A DNA stretch of 64,000 bases, taken from NCBI RefSeq assembly GCF_009914755.1, contig NC_060934.1; one strand, written 5' to 3'. The stretch comes from the human T2T-CHM13v2.0 reference genome, Homo sapiens. A program made the position numbers and the translations under genes. Under the pieces are notes generated by a model. It did no database searches. It was not told the origin of the DNA and worked only from the letters and a program-made list of their open reading frames with translations. Numbering within the stretch: position 1 is the first letter of the stretch; each line of letters starts with the position of its first letter. Positions 11,493 to 24,385 of the stretch are shown in pieces.

Positions 11493-14164
11493 GTAAGGAG
11501 TGTCTTTATGCGATGGCCTTAAACCTTTACTTGATAACTCAAACATGAGTAGCCCCAAAGGCTTGAAGAATGCAAATTTTGATGAACTGCAGTTCCCAGT
11601 ACTTCCAGCTTAACTGGATCCCTTTCTACATGTAGTGATGTCCTGTAGCTTTCACCTTTGAGGTGCTTTTACTCTGTGTTCTGTATCACATCCCTGATTT
11701 CTCATCAGGTAGGATGACCATGTATCATCTCCAGTTAACATCTGGGGAGATGGGTTTCTGGAGAATAGAACAGCTCAGCAGTGTTCACTCAGCAGGTTAG
11801 CTGTAAACCGTGATCAGACTCTAGGTGACTGAACTCCAGCCATACGGTTAAAAAGACCTGCGTATAGTGGGAAAAGCATTGATTTGGAGCAGACCAAGGT
11901 TGAAATGCCAGCTCTGCCACGTGCCAGTTGCATGATTCTGGGCCAGTGAAAGCACCTCTATGGACCAGTTGCTCGCCTGTCAAGTGGGGATAATGACACG
12001 CACATTGTAAGGCTGTTGGGAGGATGGGATGAGAGAGAGTGGATGTGGCACTGAGCACAGAGAGTGTGCAGCAGGTGGTCCACCAGGAATGTGCACTGAA
12101 GATGGCAGGAGCCCTGCTGCCCTCCTTCAGCCTGGGAATAGAAGCTCTGGGAGTCCACGGGTTCCAGTCAAGCTCAGGAGGTGCAGAGGTCAGGCCAGAG
12201 ATGTCAGGCTGGGGCCAGAGGGTGTGCAGGCTGGGCTGCTCTACCATAGCCCAGCTTCCCTGGATGACTGCATGTGGGTGAAGTGGGGTTTGACTCTTCT
12301 GCACTCATGATGACACCATGATGTGCAACTCCAGCCCCCTCTGAAGTCTCTGTTGATAGATGTGTACCACACTTCTTGGCTTACAATATAGACCTGGACA
12401 CTTCAGTAGCCATTGCCTTCCAAGAGAATTTATACCAATAGGATAAAGAGTTCTACTAGGAATTAGAGGTGGGCAGATTCAATTCGACACCCTCTTGATA
12501 TGCTAAACGTAGCACCTCTTTCCAGGCACAGTGTGAACATATGTCAGTTCAGTAGGTAGGTGTTGAGGCTCACCTTGTTTACAGTCTATGCAGCTTGCTC
12601 AATTCACAGCAGCCCCCTTGGTGGCTGAGAGGAGGGGAGAAAGCTTAACCAGATTCCCGTTGTACAAATAGTCATAAGGTGACTTTTGAATTTGTGTGAA
12701 TTGATTGACATTAATGAAAATGAGTGGGTGACCTTAGTTCTTCCTTGCCAAAGGATTCTTTCTGGTCAAATCCTGCCATTTCTATATGACAATGCAATTT
12801 GCTGGGAAGACGGGGATGTGTGTGCAGGGGTAGATGTACCCTGGCTATACCTGGAGCACAGGGACTTATTGGCTACACCTGGCCATCAACAAGATCATCC
12901 ACCTGGAAGTCCATTAGAATGACCTGGGGCTCCAAACACACCCTGCCCAGGCCCTACCCATACATTCTCTGTTTGGCCTGGTGGGGCTTGGGCATGTTAC
13001 GTTTAAAAAATCTTGAGTGATTCTGAGGTGGAGTCATGGCTGTGGCTTCGCTGTGGCATTCTGGTCTGCGTGGAGCCCTGAATGGCAGGGTTTTACGGCA
13101 AATGCAATGACTGCCCAGGGGCTTCTAAGTGACCCTGACCTTTTTCCCAAGTGTCCCACCTCTGAACAAGCCTCTGGCTATTTTTGCTTCCTCCTTTGCC
13201 ACTAAGGGAGCTACTGTGAAAAAAAAAACAAAAACAAAAAAGAAAACTTGGTATTTGAGAGAATCTGGGTTGCCTATGGAGGAAGGAAGGAGGCTCTAGA
13301 AGACAGAAGGAGGGGAGCAGATCCTGGCCAGGTTCCCAGGCTGAGCCAGACTGCCCTGGAGACCACATCCACCACCCACGAGAAATGCCCATCCTAGGCC
13401 AGTGGGCCAGTTTTCCTGGCTTTTCTCTTTGCCATGCCCTTCAAAATCCCACCAATCTATAATAACTGGGTTAGTGTGAGCTGCTTCTTCCATCTTAGGA
13501 AAATTCCTGTAAGCATATCCTTAGGTTATTTTCCCTCTGACCCCTGCTGAGAGGAGGTGCCCCAGGGAATGAGGAGGGGGTTTATATCGGTATAGGGGCT
13601 CCTGGAGGGTTCGCAGGCCAGTGTGGAACGTACAGCTGCATGGGGCTCAGGGCAGGCTGAGGAGGGTCAGGAAAGAGAGGCCCTGGGAGAGGGAGGGTCA
13701 GGGCACTGTACTCAGAGTGCAGCCGAATGAGACCTTGCCTGGCCCTGACACCAGGTGAGAGAAGGGAAGGTCATTTACTTTTCTGCCCTGTCTCTGGGTC
13801 CCGCTCCTGGGCTCCAAACTCCAGCTACTTCCCTGACTCATCTGGTTTACCTGGGTGCATGGAGCATGTGGTCATTGTGGGATTAGGCCTCAACCCACTG
13901 TGCAGTATGGGACCTGCTTGTCTATCGGGAAAGCTCTCACAGGCTTTGCTGCCTAAGGATGGCGGTGAGGTACCGGAGCTGCCAGGATTTCTCTGCAGGC
14001 CCCTCAGTGAGTGTCTGATCCACACGTTCTGACAGAAGGAAGGTGAGGTGTGCAGGAGGCAGGGGCAGTGAGGACAGGCTGTGGAGTTCCTCACCTGGTA
14101 CAACTGAGTCATGAAGGAAGAATCGGGCCTTGGTGAGAGCTAAGGGGCTACTGTTCTCTTCCAG

Positions 14165-14441
14165 ATGCGTGAGGGATGACACCTACGGACCCTACTCCTC
14201 GCCATCTCTTCGCATTGCCCGCTTCCGGTTCAGGGCCTTCCACTTCCTGAACCGCTTCCCCTCCGTGTACCTGCGTTGTAAAATGGTGGTGTGCAGAGCG
14301 TATGACCCCTCTTCCCGCTGCTACCGAGGCTGTGTGTTGAGGTCGAAGAGGGATGTGGGCTCCTACCAGGAAAAGGTGGACGTCGTCCTGGGTCCCATCC
14401 AGCTGCAGACCCCCCCACGCCGAGAAGAGGAGCCTCGGTAG
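14165..14441 (+). CDS. DMBT1: DMBT1 last coding exon: end of ZP-C, furin-type site RSKR (14340-14351), hydrophobic patch VVLGPIQL, stop
   Basis: ccag| acceptor. Encodes CVRDDTY...[10 protein letters not shown]...[33 protein letters not shown], with TAG at 14439-14441. Confidence 0.95.
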
Positions 14442-14754
14442 GTGGTCGCTCTCAGACCCCACTGTCCACCGGGGCGCAGACCCCTGACTCGGGGACTTGG
14501 GATGTTCCTCTTGGTGTCATATTCCAACTCAGATTGAGCCCTACATTGTGCTGCACCTGGTCATACGGAGTTGAATCAGACCTGGTTCCCGCCTCCCCCA
14601 AGGCTCATGGTCCTTGGAGGACCCGTTGCAGGGTGAGGTCAAGAGAGTTCTGACCTGGATGGCCCATAGACCTGACGTCCCAGAATCCATGCTTCTCATC
14701 TGCAAAATGAAAATGTCAATACTTACTTCTTAGCACTGTTGAGAGGGTTACTTA

Positions 14755-14760
14755 CATAAA
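14755..14760 (+). terminator. Candidate non-canonical poly(A) signal CATAAA of DMBT1
   Basis: A known hexamer variant about 315 nt after the stop. I found no AATAAA between the stop and 16974. Confidence 0.5.
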
Positions 14761-15037
14761 GGAATTTTGGTGAAACTGCCTCAGCCTGTTCCTGGTGCAA
14801 GTCATTGAGTGCTTGGTAAATGGTAGTTTTTGTTACTCCTGTTGTTGTCACCCATGTTAACAACACCAATGATGACAGTATTCCTCACAACGATAATAAC
14901 TATAACAGCAGACGTGTTGACATCAGGGTCTAGACAGGGCCATGGGGACGCCAGCTGCATGGATTTGTCCTGATCGCTGGCAGGCTCTACTGGGCACAAG
15001 CTATGTCACTTTTCTTCTCCAGAACAGGGAGTGCATC

Positions 15038-15243
15038 TGCTGCTGTGCTGCTGTGTTGCTGTGCGGCTGTGCTGCTGTGTTGCTGTGCGGCTGTGATGCT
15101 GCGCTGCTGTGCTGCTGTCATGCTGTGCTGCTGTGATGCTGTGCGGCTGTGCTGCTGTCATGCTGTGATGCTGTGCGGCTGTGCGGCTGTGCGGCTGTGC
15201 GGCTGTGCTGCTGTGTTGCTGTGCGGCTGTGCTGCTGTGTTGT
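15038..15243. repeat. Compound (GCTGT/GCT/GCG)n simple repeat
   Basis: Directly visible. Confidence 0.93.
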
Positions 15244-16094
15244 GGGCATGGACGAGGGAATGAATGTTTGCAGAGTGATGCCCAGGATTTCTGGCCCAGT
15301 CTGGGGCTAGGTCAACAGATGTGGTGGCCATGGTGTTGGGGGTGGGTGGGGCAGCAGTAGTTGTCACAAGCCCTCTCCTTGGTCAGGGCGCTGCCCATGG
15401 GGCATCTTTGACAGCTCTTTCCTCTTGATTCCTATTCAGGCCGTCTTTATGTCCACCTGAGTCCAGACTCTTTCCTCACTTGTTCATTCATTCAATGCAT
15501 GTTTAATGAAGGACTGTTATGCACCAGGAGGCAGATAAAGTCTTGGAGGAAAAGATGCAATTCAGAATAAGTCTCATGAATGGTGCATGCAATGGGGTCG
15601 GAGTGAGGAGCAAAGGACATCAGGGCAGGGCGAAGGTGCCTGTGGGCACAGGCTCACTTCCCTCCTCTCCCTCCTGTTCCCTGCAGCTGCCGTAGTAGCT
15701 CACGTCCTGGGGGCCTCTTACCTGGGACTCTTGTAATCATTTCCCAGCTGGTCTAAAATGCCCAACTCTCTCCCCTCCCATTCATCTGGAGCCTCAGGCC
15801 AGATTTGTTCTCCCAAAGCCCAGTTCCCAGTTCCTGCTAAGAAAAACTTCCCTGACTCTCCTTGGCTGATAAACGTGAAATCTCTCTAGTCTGACAGTCA
15901 GCTGCCCATTGGGGTCTGGCCTCAGTTTCCCATTCAGCACTTCCTTCTCCAAGTTTTTTATCCTTTCCCACCAAACAGTTCTGATTGCCTTTACTATGCC
16001 CAGGGGGCCATGGCCTTTACTTGTCTTCCTCTCCTCCTCTGCCAGGCTCTGTCCTGGTGCCCTGTCTGTTATTGTGGTCTCCTCTCCTTCCCAG

Positions 16095-16255
16095 ACGTGT
16101 TGGTGGCTGATGTGGAGGAGACAGCCAGCACCCAGGGGAGGTATCACAGCACTGCCATCTCTTCTGGGGTCTTCCTGGCTGTGGTTCTGGTTGTGGCAGC
16201 CTTCACCCTGGGGAGGAAGGCACACAGCACCAGTGGCCGGCCTCTGAGCTCCTAG
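16095..16255 (+). pseudogene. Vestigial DMBT1 transmembrane/cytoplasmic-tail exon
   Basis: Strong acceptor ctcctctccttcccag|. Encodes DVLVADVEETASTQGRYHSTAISSGVFLAVVLVVAAFTLGRKAHSTSGRPLSS*, a hydrophobic helix followed by basic residues. Resembles the recalled rodent Dmbt1 C-terminus. Confidence 0.85.
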
Positions 16256-16596
16256 ATATGAAGCCCAGAGAAGGTGTTTAGATATTGGCTCTGCCAGCCC
16301 AGGCACCCGAGAGAGGATGGAAGAAACAAGGGTGCAGAGCTTGGCGCCCAGCAGCACCTGAACTCCATTTAGCTTGGCACAGGTGTATGGTGGGGTGGGT
16401 GGAGGTGGGGTGAAGAAAGATGGGGTGGGTAGAGGTGGGGTGAAGAAAGGTGGAGCGAGGTTTTCCCCAGATCCGAAGGCTCAGTGCTGGGTCAAAATGT
16501 CAAAGGTAAACAGGTGCTAACGTCTAAAGCCTCACCTGCAACTCTAAGCCAAACATTAGTAACAGCAGAGCTTTCTCTAGGTGGAATTTCTGAGCC

Positions 16597-16895
16597 TTTT
16601 TTTTTTTTTTTTTGAGACAGTGTCTTGCTTTGTTGCCCAGGCTTGAGTGCAGTGACACAATCTCAACTCACTGCAACCTCCGTCTCCTGGGTTCAAGCGA
16701 TTCTTCTGCCTCAGCCTCCCTAGTAGCTAAGATTACAGACAGGCTAGACCATGCCCAGCTAAGTTTTGTATTTTTAGTAGAGACGGGGTTTCATCATGTT
16801 GGCCAGGCTGGTCTCAAACTCCTGACTTCAAGTGATCTGCCTGCCTAGGCCTCCCAAAGTGCCGGGATTACAGGTGTGAGCCACTGTACCCGGCC
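16597..16895 (-). mobile_element. Alu (AluS-like)
   Basis: Poly-T followed by reverse Alu. Confidence 0.93.
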
Positions 16896-18159
16896 TCTTT
16901 TCTGACCTTTTATAAGCTCGCTTCTTAGGCCTGTAGCATAAATCTCAGCCTTTCCTTAGGGTAGAGCCAGCTGAATAAAGAACCTTTTTCAGAGTAAGTG
17001 TCAATTTGGCCACTGTTGCCTTCGTTTCTCCTAAGAACTAGATCCTTTCAAATTAAGCAGACAGGTGGGGTGGTTGTCATACAGAATGAGAAGGGGCAAC
17101 TCGTGTGTCTTCCCAGTGTCCTTGGAGTGTTGGTTCTTCCCAAAGCAGGATATGCAGGATGCAGCCTGGAGAAAGACAAGAATGCTAAATGCATTGTAAG
17201 TTTCAGTGGCTGTGATTGAAAATTAAAGATGATTGCCTCCATTTCTCTAGGGATCTGCCTCTTTTGGTTTTTGACACTTCATCTCCAGAACTATGGGCTG
17301 GGGCGGTTCAGGGAAAGAAGCAAACTCCTTAGGGCCCTTAGGAAGGGAGTCCTGTTTGCATGAGGTCTCCAGAGAGAAGGAGATTGACAGGTGACCCAAG
17401 GAGCTCAGAAGAAACAAAGGGATGAGCTGGGTTCCAAGGAAGCAGTACATTTGCCTAGAAAATCAGAGAGATATCAGGCTCAGGGCTCCTAGGTCAGGCT
17501 TGGCAGGAATGGGAGCTTTTGTGTACTGCCCTGGCAATGCCAGTGTTTGCCCCATGAAGCCAATCTCAGGACCCCTGTCCCAAGAGGGGACAGCTAAGAC
17601 AGCCTAACTCTGGATGTGTGAGTTGAGCTGCATGAGACCCCAGCAGGGCAATGGCTACAGGGGAAACCCCAGGACAAGGGGACAGAGAATTCCAGCAGAG
17701 ACTTGGCCATAGCTGCCAGCTCTGACTAGGGCTGCCCAAGAGCTGCCCACCACCGGCAGCTGTGGTGAGACGCCATGAGCCTCCGTGGGATTCAGAGTGC
17801 GTCCTGAGCCCTACCAGGAGTCAGAGGAGCTAGGGGGCCCCAGGGACTGTCTCTTGTTGGTTTCCATTCTCCTTGCCATCACCCCCAACACTCACCCTTA
17901 ACCTCCCAGGCTGGGGCAGTTAAGGAAAGCCTTAAGGGTTCCCCTGTGACCATGAGTCTGCCCTGAAAAGCAATGTCAATGCAGTGGAATGCAGGCACCA
18001 GCCCAGGACTGGATCTGAGCAGATGCAGAAGCAGCAGGAAGCTGGAGTGGTGTGCGGGTTTGAGGTACACATCAATCAGAGTAACAAAGTGGCAAGTCAG
18101 ACATCCGAGAATTCAAAAAAGTTCAGAGGCTGGGAACCCAACATGGAATCCCAACTCCA

Positions 18160-18220
18160 TCCATTCATTCGTTCGTTCATTCATTCATTCATTCATTCAT
18201 TCGTTCATTCACTCATTCAT
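18160..18220. repeat. (TTCA)n
   Basis: Directly visible. Confidence 0.9.
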
Positions 18221-21200
18221 GAATGTCTAAGTTGTACCCTGTGCTTGAGAAGGAGCAGTGGAGGCTGTGGGTCCCTGCTGTGAGGATGAGGGGGACCCTG
18301 GGGCTGGGGGCTCAGCAGGCTTGCCCTGAGTGGTCCCCATGAGCGCCAGCCCCAAGCCAGGCTCTGTACTTGAACCTGTGGATACAAAGAGGGGTCATGC
18401 AGGGGTCACCATTATAAGGGGAAATTTATTTCCACAGGAAACATTTCCACCTCCTGAAGTGTCCCCTCTCCTTAAAAATAGCCCCAGTAGCCAGTGCTTC
18501 TTCACAGATAACCACCACAGTGTTAGCCACTTGGCAGCCTCTCAAGGAAGGAGGTAATGGCCCCTTTATCAGCAGGGCCCAGCCAGGAGAGTGGCTAGTA
18601 GGGACAGATGAGTTTGGTAGCAAGAGGCAGTGAGGTCCAGGTGAAAGGTAGAGCAGAAGACAGGGCCACCGGTGACAGGGGCTCTGGACTAAAGCTGTCA
18701 GAGTGTGACTGAGGGTCCAGTCACAGGGGACACAGAGAAGTGGGCTTGCTTGGGAGCAGGGACCCATCCTCCCCATCCACACCACATCTCCACACTCAGG
18801 GAGGATTGGGCTGACACCAAGTGGCTGTGATTCCCAGCAACTGAGACTGTGGTTTGAGGCAAGGGTGCTCAACTCTACTGCACGTGAGAATGGCCCGGGG
18901 GCTTTTGAACCTGCTGCTGCCAGGCTGCACCCAAGCCAGTTAGATCAGAATCTAATCAGAGGGTAGGCCTGGACATTGGTGACCCACCAGACTCAGGTTG
19001 TTCCAAGATTGAGAGCTGCTGGTTTAGGACTCCTTAAATCCCTCTGAGAGAGTCCAGGTTGTGCCCTGTGCTTAAGAAGGAGCAGTGGAGACTATGGGTC
19101 CCTGCTGTGAGGATGAGGGGGACCCTGGTGCGGGGTTCTCAGCAGGCTTGCCCTGAGTGTTCCTGAAAGATCTACTTTCCAAGTCCCAAAAGACCGTATC
19201 AAAATCCCACTGACCTAAAGTGCCTCATTTCTGCTGATTCATATTTGCCCCAGCCTCTGCCATCCATAAGAACATGCCATGGAGGAAACACTGATTAAGC
19301 ATCTTCTGCCAGCCTGGCACCTTGGACATAATCCTCTAATCCTCCATGTGGCCAGGTATTATTCTCACCTGGCAGGGATGGAAACTGAGGCTGAGAGAGG
19401 CAAGTCAGCACAGAACTGCACAGGATTCAGGTAGCGAGTGGCAGAGTTGGGGTCTGAGTCGGGGTCACTGACTTCTGGTCCTAGGTTCCCTCCTCCCTGT
19501 TCCATCATCCCCAAGGCACCAGGAGCCCAGGAGCCCAGGAGGCCTGGCCTCACATTGAGTTTGCACAGAGAACTGCATCAGACACACTCCTGTCTGCAGC
19601 TCCTATGTAAGATGTGGTACCAGGTGCAAAAGGAGGGCTTAAAGGAGGGTTGTGATGTCTACACCACACCCACACCCCAGCTGGCCCCACGGGACTACTC
19701 ACTTGACCTGTGGTGGCTCCTCCAAGTTCTCCGCACCTCCAGTACCTGCTCATAGCCCGGTGATCCTGCTCCAGGCTCCACCTTCAGCAGAGTGACTGAC
19801 AACCAGGGGCCAAGAGAACACAAGGCCGGGCCACATGGCACCTGTTTTGAGCTGTCTCCTGTGACCTTGTAGGGACAGAGGCTGCCCTCCAGCCCCTTCG
19901 AACCACAGCATCTCACCATCCTCCTGTTATCCCACCTGCCAGTGCCAGAGGGCGCTGCAGAACAACCTTGGAGCTATTTTATTCCTGAAGAACTTGTTAC
20001 TGTGTTTACTGTGAGTGCCCGTGGTTGTCCATTACAGGAAGGGGTTCCACAGTTTTCAGCTCTAATAAAGGACTCCTGTGAAAGCCTGTCCTGGCTCCTT
20101 TCCATTACTTTAAGGGGACAGAATCCGATCTACTGTCTGACAACAGAGTGGATGGTAGCTCCCCTTTCTGCCTGGTCCCTACCACAGGCTGAAGGTGGCA
20201 TTCAGCAGCCCCTTGAGATCTTGTCCCCTCCAGCCCTGTTCCTGGCATCCAAATCCCTGCAGTGGCTAGTAAGGGGTTCTGCCCTGGGCAGGGGCTCTAT
20301 CCTCTGCAGGTTTGATGGCACCTGAATGGCTTCTGGTGTGTGGGAATCAGGGACAGCCCCAGCCAATGGTCGTTTCCTGTAGGGGATGAAACTTTGACCT
20401 CAGCATCTCTTCCCATTGCCTGTGTTGGCTGGAGTACTTAGTGTCCCGAGTGCTTGGCAAGGCCACTCAGGTGTGCACTGACTGGAGGGAGAAGGTCCTC
20501 TCGGGAAACCTGTGTCTGTGAAATGCTGCATTTTCAGAAATCATACAAGCTGGATGTTATGTGGCCATTATTAAAAATTAAATTGTAGAGTCTTACAATT
20601 AAATAAATATTATATTAAAAATAAAAATATTAAATACCAAAACTCAGCACTTTCTGGTTATTTGACTCCATTTTACTATTACCTGTGCCCAAGGATATTT
20701 ACATCACGTTGTGTCTGTCTGCTGGAAATACTGTCCCCCGCGGAGTGACTGCCCAGCTCTCCCAGCTCCACATGCAATGGCGTCTTATTGCTGGCATAAA
20801 ATGGCCATGGGGGGAGGATTCACACCATGGAAATCACGCTACAAAGGAAGCTTCCACCTTCCCAGAGCCTGTTGTTAAAGATTTCACAATGCCCCACTGC
20901 CTACAGCTCACCCAGAAAGGGGCAAATACACTAGGAGAGCTTGGAAAAAGGCTTCATTGGCCTGCCACCATGTTCAAGTTTCCTTCATTGGCATTAAATT
21001 TTTTTGGAAAGCGTCTGTGTTTTAGCAAGTGTGGAATCCAAAGCTACCTCGGCAGGGAGATGCCTTGGGAAGCTCCCACAGGCTCTGATGAAAGCAGTGG
21101 TTGTGGCACCTGGCCTACTCTTGGCCCCTGGGGAAGGGAAAGCTGTCCAGGTACAGGTTAGGGGCAGGCCAAAGACGGGAAGCCAGGTGGTGGAGGCTAT

Positions 21201-22233
21201 GGGATGGCACACGTCAGAGTCCTGCCTCATCTCCCTCTGCCTGAGTCCAGCACCAAATTCCCTCTCCTGCTCCTCTTAGCCATGAGGACGTCTGATATCC
21301 CTCAGCTCCATCTTTGGATATCTGGCCTGAGCCAACCTTCAGGTGACAGTTCTGTTTTCCCTGGAACTCTATACCTATAAGTGCCTGGGAGCCCATATGG
21401 TTTGTCCAAGCTTCGAAATGAGGAACAGCATCCCTGCTGAATCAGAGACAAAGATTTGTTTCTGTAACAGCATCTTCCAAGAGGCTTAAGCTCCAAGATT
21501 AAGTGATGGAGTCATGTGGGGGCACTGATGACTCCAAGGGCTTGGCCTGGGACAACTGCTCAGGACAAAGGAGAAGCCAAGGCAGAGTGAGGCCACCATG
21601 CTGGGTAATGACTCATCTGATTGAGATCTAAGATTTGTACAGAGCTAGCAGGGAACATAGAGGAGTGAACGCTTTCAAAATCTGCTCCATCCTCATTCAC
21701 AGCCTGCTGGGGAGCTCTCTATGGTCAAGGAGGCTTGGAATGGGTGCACAGCCACCCAGGCTTTCCTGTGTTCTGATGAGTTAGAATCTCTCCTCAACCA
21801 ACCCACCTCCACCCCATGCACCACTGCAGATTTCTACATATGGGACTACAGGTGGCAAAGATGGGGAGTCTGCTTCTTGATACCTGTCTTCTCCCAAGTA
21901 TGTAAATACTGGAGGGTTGAGTGTTGGCCTGGGGTGCCTAGGCATAGTGCCAAGCTCAGACTTTTGTATTGGAGGGGTGGGTGGGGGTGGAAAATTATGA
22001 AGAAACTCACAGGGAACACAGGATCAGTAACTTCTCAGGATAGAGACCCACAGTGACTGTCCCAGCTTGTCACCTTCTCCCAGAGGGATGCCTTCTGTGT
22101 GCTGTGAGGAGAGCAGAAGAGTTGGGGAGGGGGTATCAGGAAGCTACTGGAACTCTTAAATCTTTGTGGAAGCCTCACTGGTTAAGTTTGGTCAGGATGT
22201 GGTTGGCTCCCATTGTGTCAGGATGGATGCCTA

Positions 22234-22456
22234 GTTAATAAAATTGCTGTCTCTTCTTCCTTTCTCTGATCACCGGATTTTCCTTTAAATTACATGCAGA
22301 ATTTTGGTAGGGGAAACAATTCAGTACTATTTTCCTGGGACTTTGGTTAATAAAATCTCTGTCTCTTCTCCCTTCCTCTGATCACTGGATTTTCCTTTAA
22401 ATTACACCCAGAACTTTGGTAGGGGAACCAATTCAGTACTATTTTCCTGGGACTTT
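22234..22456. repeat. ~112-bp diverged tandem duplication
   Basis: gttaataaaat...cagtactattttcctgggacttt, twice. Confidence 0.9.
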
Positions 22457-22664
22457 TCCAGTTTTAGCACTGAAAATCTCAAGTTCTGGAACCCTTCGAT
22501 CCCAGACAAGCCAGAATGGCTGGTCACTCTAGAGCCTCTGGACAAGGCTACAGGGAAGAGGAGGTCCAGATGCTATAACAATCATCAAACACAGAAGACT
22601 GGAAACCCTTTAGCAATGAAATTTAGACTTTCACTTTTTTAGTCTCTTTTCAATTCAGTTTGAA

Positions 22665-24110
22665 TAATTCCTTTTAGCATTTCTTGTAGGGAAGGTCTAG
22701 TGGTTATGAACTGATGAACTCCCTTGGTTATGGTTAGTCTGGGAAAGTCTTTATATTTCCTTCGTTTACAAAGGACAGTTTTCCTGTCTAAAGTATTCTT
22801 GGTTGACTGACTTTTTGTCTTTTAGTATTTTGAATATATCATTATCCCAGTCTCTCCTGGCCTGCAAAGTTTCCGCTGAGAAGTTAACTCATAGACTTAA
22901 GGGGAGCTCCTTTGTATATGATAAGTTGCTTTTCTTGTCGCTCTCAAAATTCTCTCTTCGACTACTGAAAATTTAATTATATTGTGTCTCATTGTAAACC
23001 TTTTAGGATTCAACCTATTGGGAACCTTTGATCTTCATGAATCTGGATGTCCATTTCTCTGCCTAGATATCAGAAATTTTCAATTATGATTTTCTTAAAT
23101 ATGTTTTTCTCCCTTTTCTGTCTCTTTTCTGCATCTGGAATTCTCAGAATATGTACATTGGTTTACTTGATGGTATCACGTAAATCCCAGTCTTTTCCCC
23201 CTATTTTTCATCTTTCTTCTTTTTGTTTATCTAACCAGATGATTTCAAATAACCTGTTTGAGTTCACTGATTCTTTCTTCTGCTAATCAAGCTTACTATT
23301 GAAGATCTCTTGAGTTTTTCAGCTCAGTCATTGTATTCTTCAGCTGTAGGATTTCTGCTTGTTTCTTTTTTATGGTTTCTATTTTTTAAATGAACTTATA
23401 ATTTTTTTCATTGTTGTTTCATAGATTTCATGTAGTACTAAATCTGTTCTTTTCAGTGAACTTCAAGACAATTATTTGAATTATTTGTCAAGTAGTTAAT
23501 GGATTTCCACTTCTTTAGAGCTGGTTACTGGAGCCTTATTAGTTTCCTTTGATGGAATCATGTTTGCCTGATTCTTCATGGTCCTTGTAATCTTGCAATG
23601 GTGTCTGTGCATCAGAAGGAGCAGTCGCCTCTTCTGATCTTTAAAGACTGGATTTGGTAGGAAAAGATCTACTGGGTCTCAAGACAGATATGCCGCCTCT
23701 GGGACTGCAGTCAAGCTGGGATGGCCCTTGGTCATGGGGCTTCTTTCATGTCTTCAGTTGGGTCCATGGTTGGCAGTCCTGTTATCCTGGGTGTGGGTGA
23801 GTATAGTTTCTGTGGGGTCCCCAGAGAAAAGAGACTGCCTTTAACACTACAGAAACCAGGGCTAGAGTTGACTATGCAGGCTGGTTTTCAGTCTGGGGCT
23901 GAGTCTATGGTAGCTGACCTGTTCCTGGGACACAGGCATACCTTCTAGAAGCAGATTTCTATGCTCTTATGTTTCAGTGGTGTGTCACAACCTCCTACCT
24001 GGGTCCTGAAGCTTCCATAAAGGTATATGTGTCTGTGGATGGTTGCCAAATTGTTGTTTTGTGGAGAAGTGAGAGCTGGGGATTCCTATTCTGCCATCTT
24101 GCTCACATCA
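22665..24110 (-). mobile_element. Old L1 (L1M-like) fragment
   Basis: T-rich antisense L1-like sequence, e.g. tttagcatttcttgtagg and tctctcctggcctgcaaagtttccgctgagaag. Ends are approximate. Confidence 0.7.
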
Positions 24111-24289
24111 CCCTTCCCTCTGCCTTGGACATTTTTTCTTTAACCAAATAAATTCATCAGTTGGCATATAGCCTTGAACTGTATAAGCCTGGATAATTGT
24201 AATAAAAGTTTCTTGGGCCTACATTTGTGGGTGTACACAATCACCTTCGATATAAGGAGCAAGGTGAAAGTAGGTTGATGTTGATCCTT

Positions 24290-24385
24290 CCTTCTTTCCT
24301 TCCTTTCTTCCTTTCTTTTCTTTTCTTTTCTTTTCTTTTCTTTTCTTTTCTTTTCTTTCTTTCTTTCTTTTTTCTTTCTTTTTTC
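24290..24385. repeat. (TTTTC/TTTC)n
   Basis: Directly visible. Confidence 0.95.

Noticed and set aside
14942-15367. Cys/Ala-rich ORFs resembling metallothionein or keratin-associated proteins
   Set aside because: Artefact of the GCTGT simple repeat.
15794-16357. 187-aa minus-strand ORF (likewise 6831-7295 and 11789-12304)
   Set aside because: No recognisable domain or gene structure; antisense to real exons or chance ORFs in GC-richer DNA.
19910-20215. Possible very old CUB exon remnants (CQRALQNNLGAILFL before gtgagt; cag|gctgaaggtggc)
   Set aside because: Similarity is too short to distinguish from chance without a profile search.
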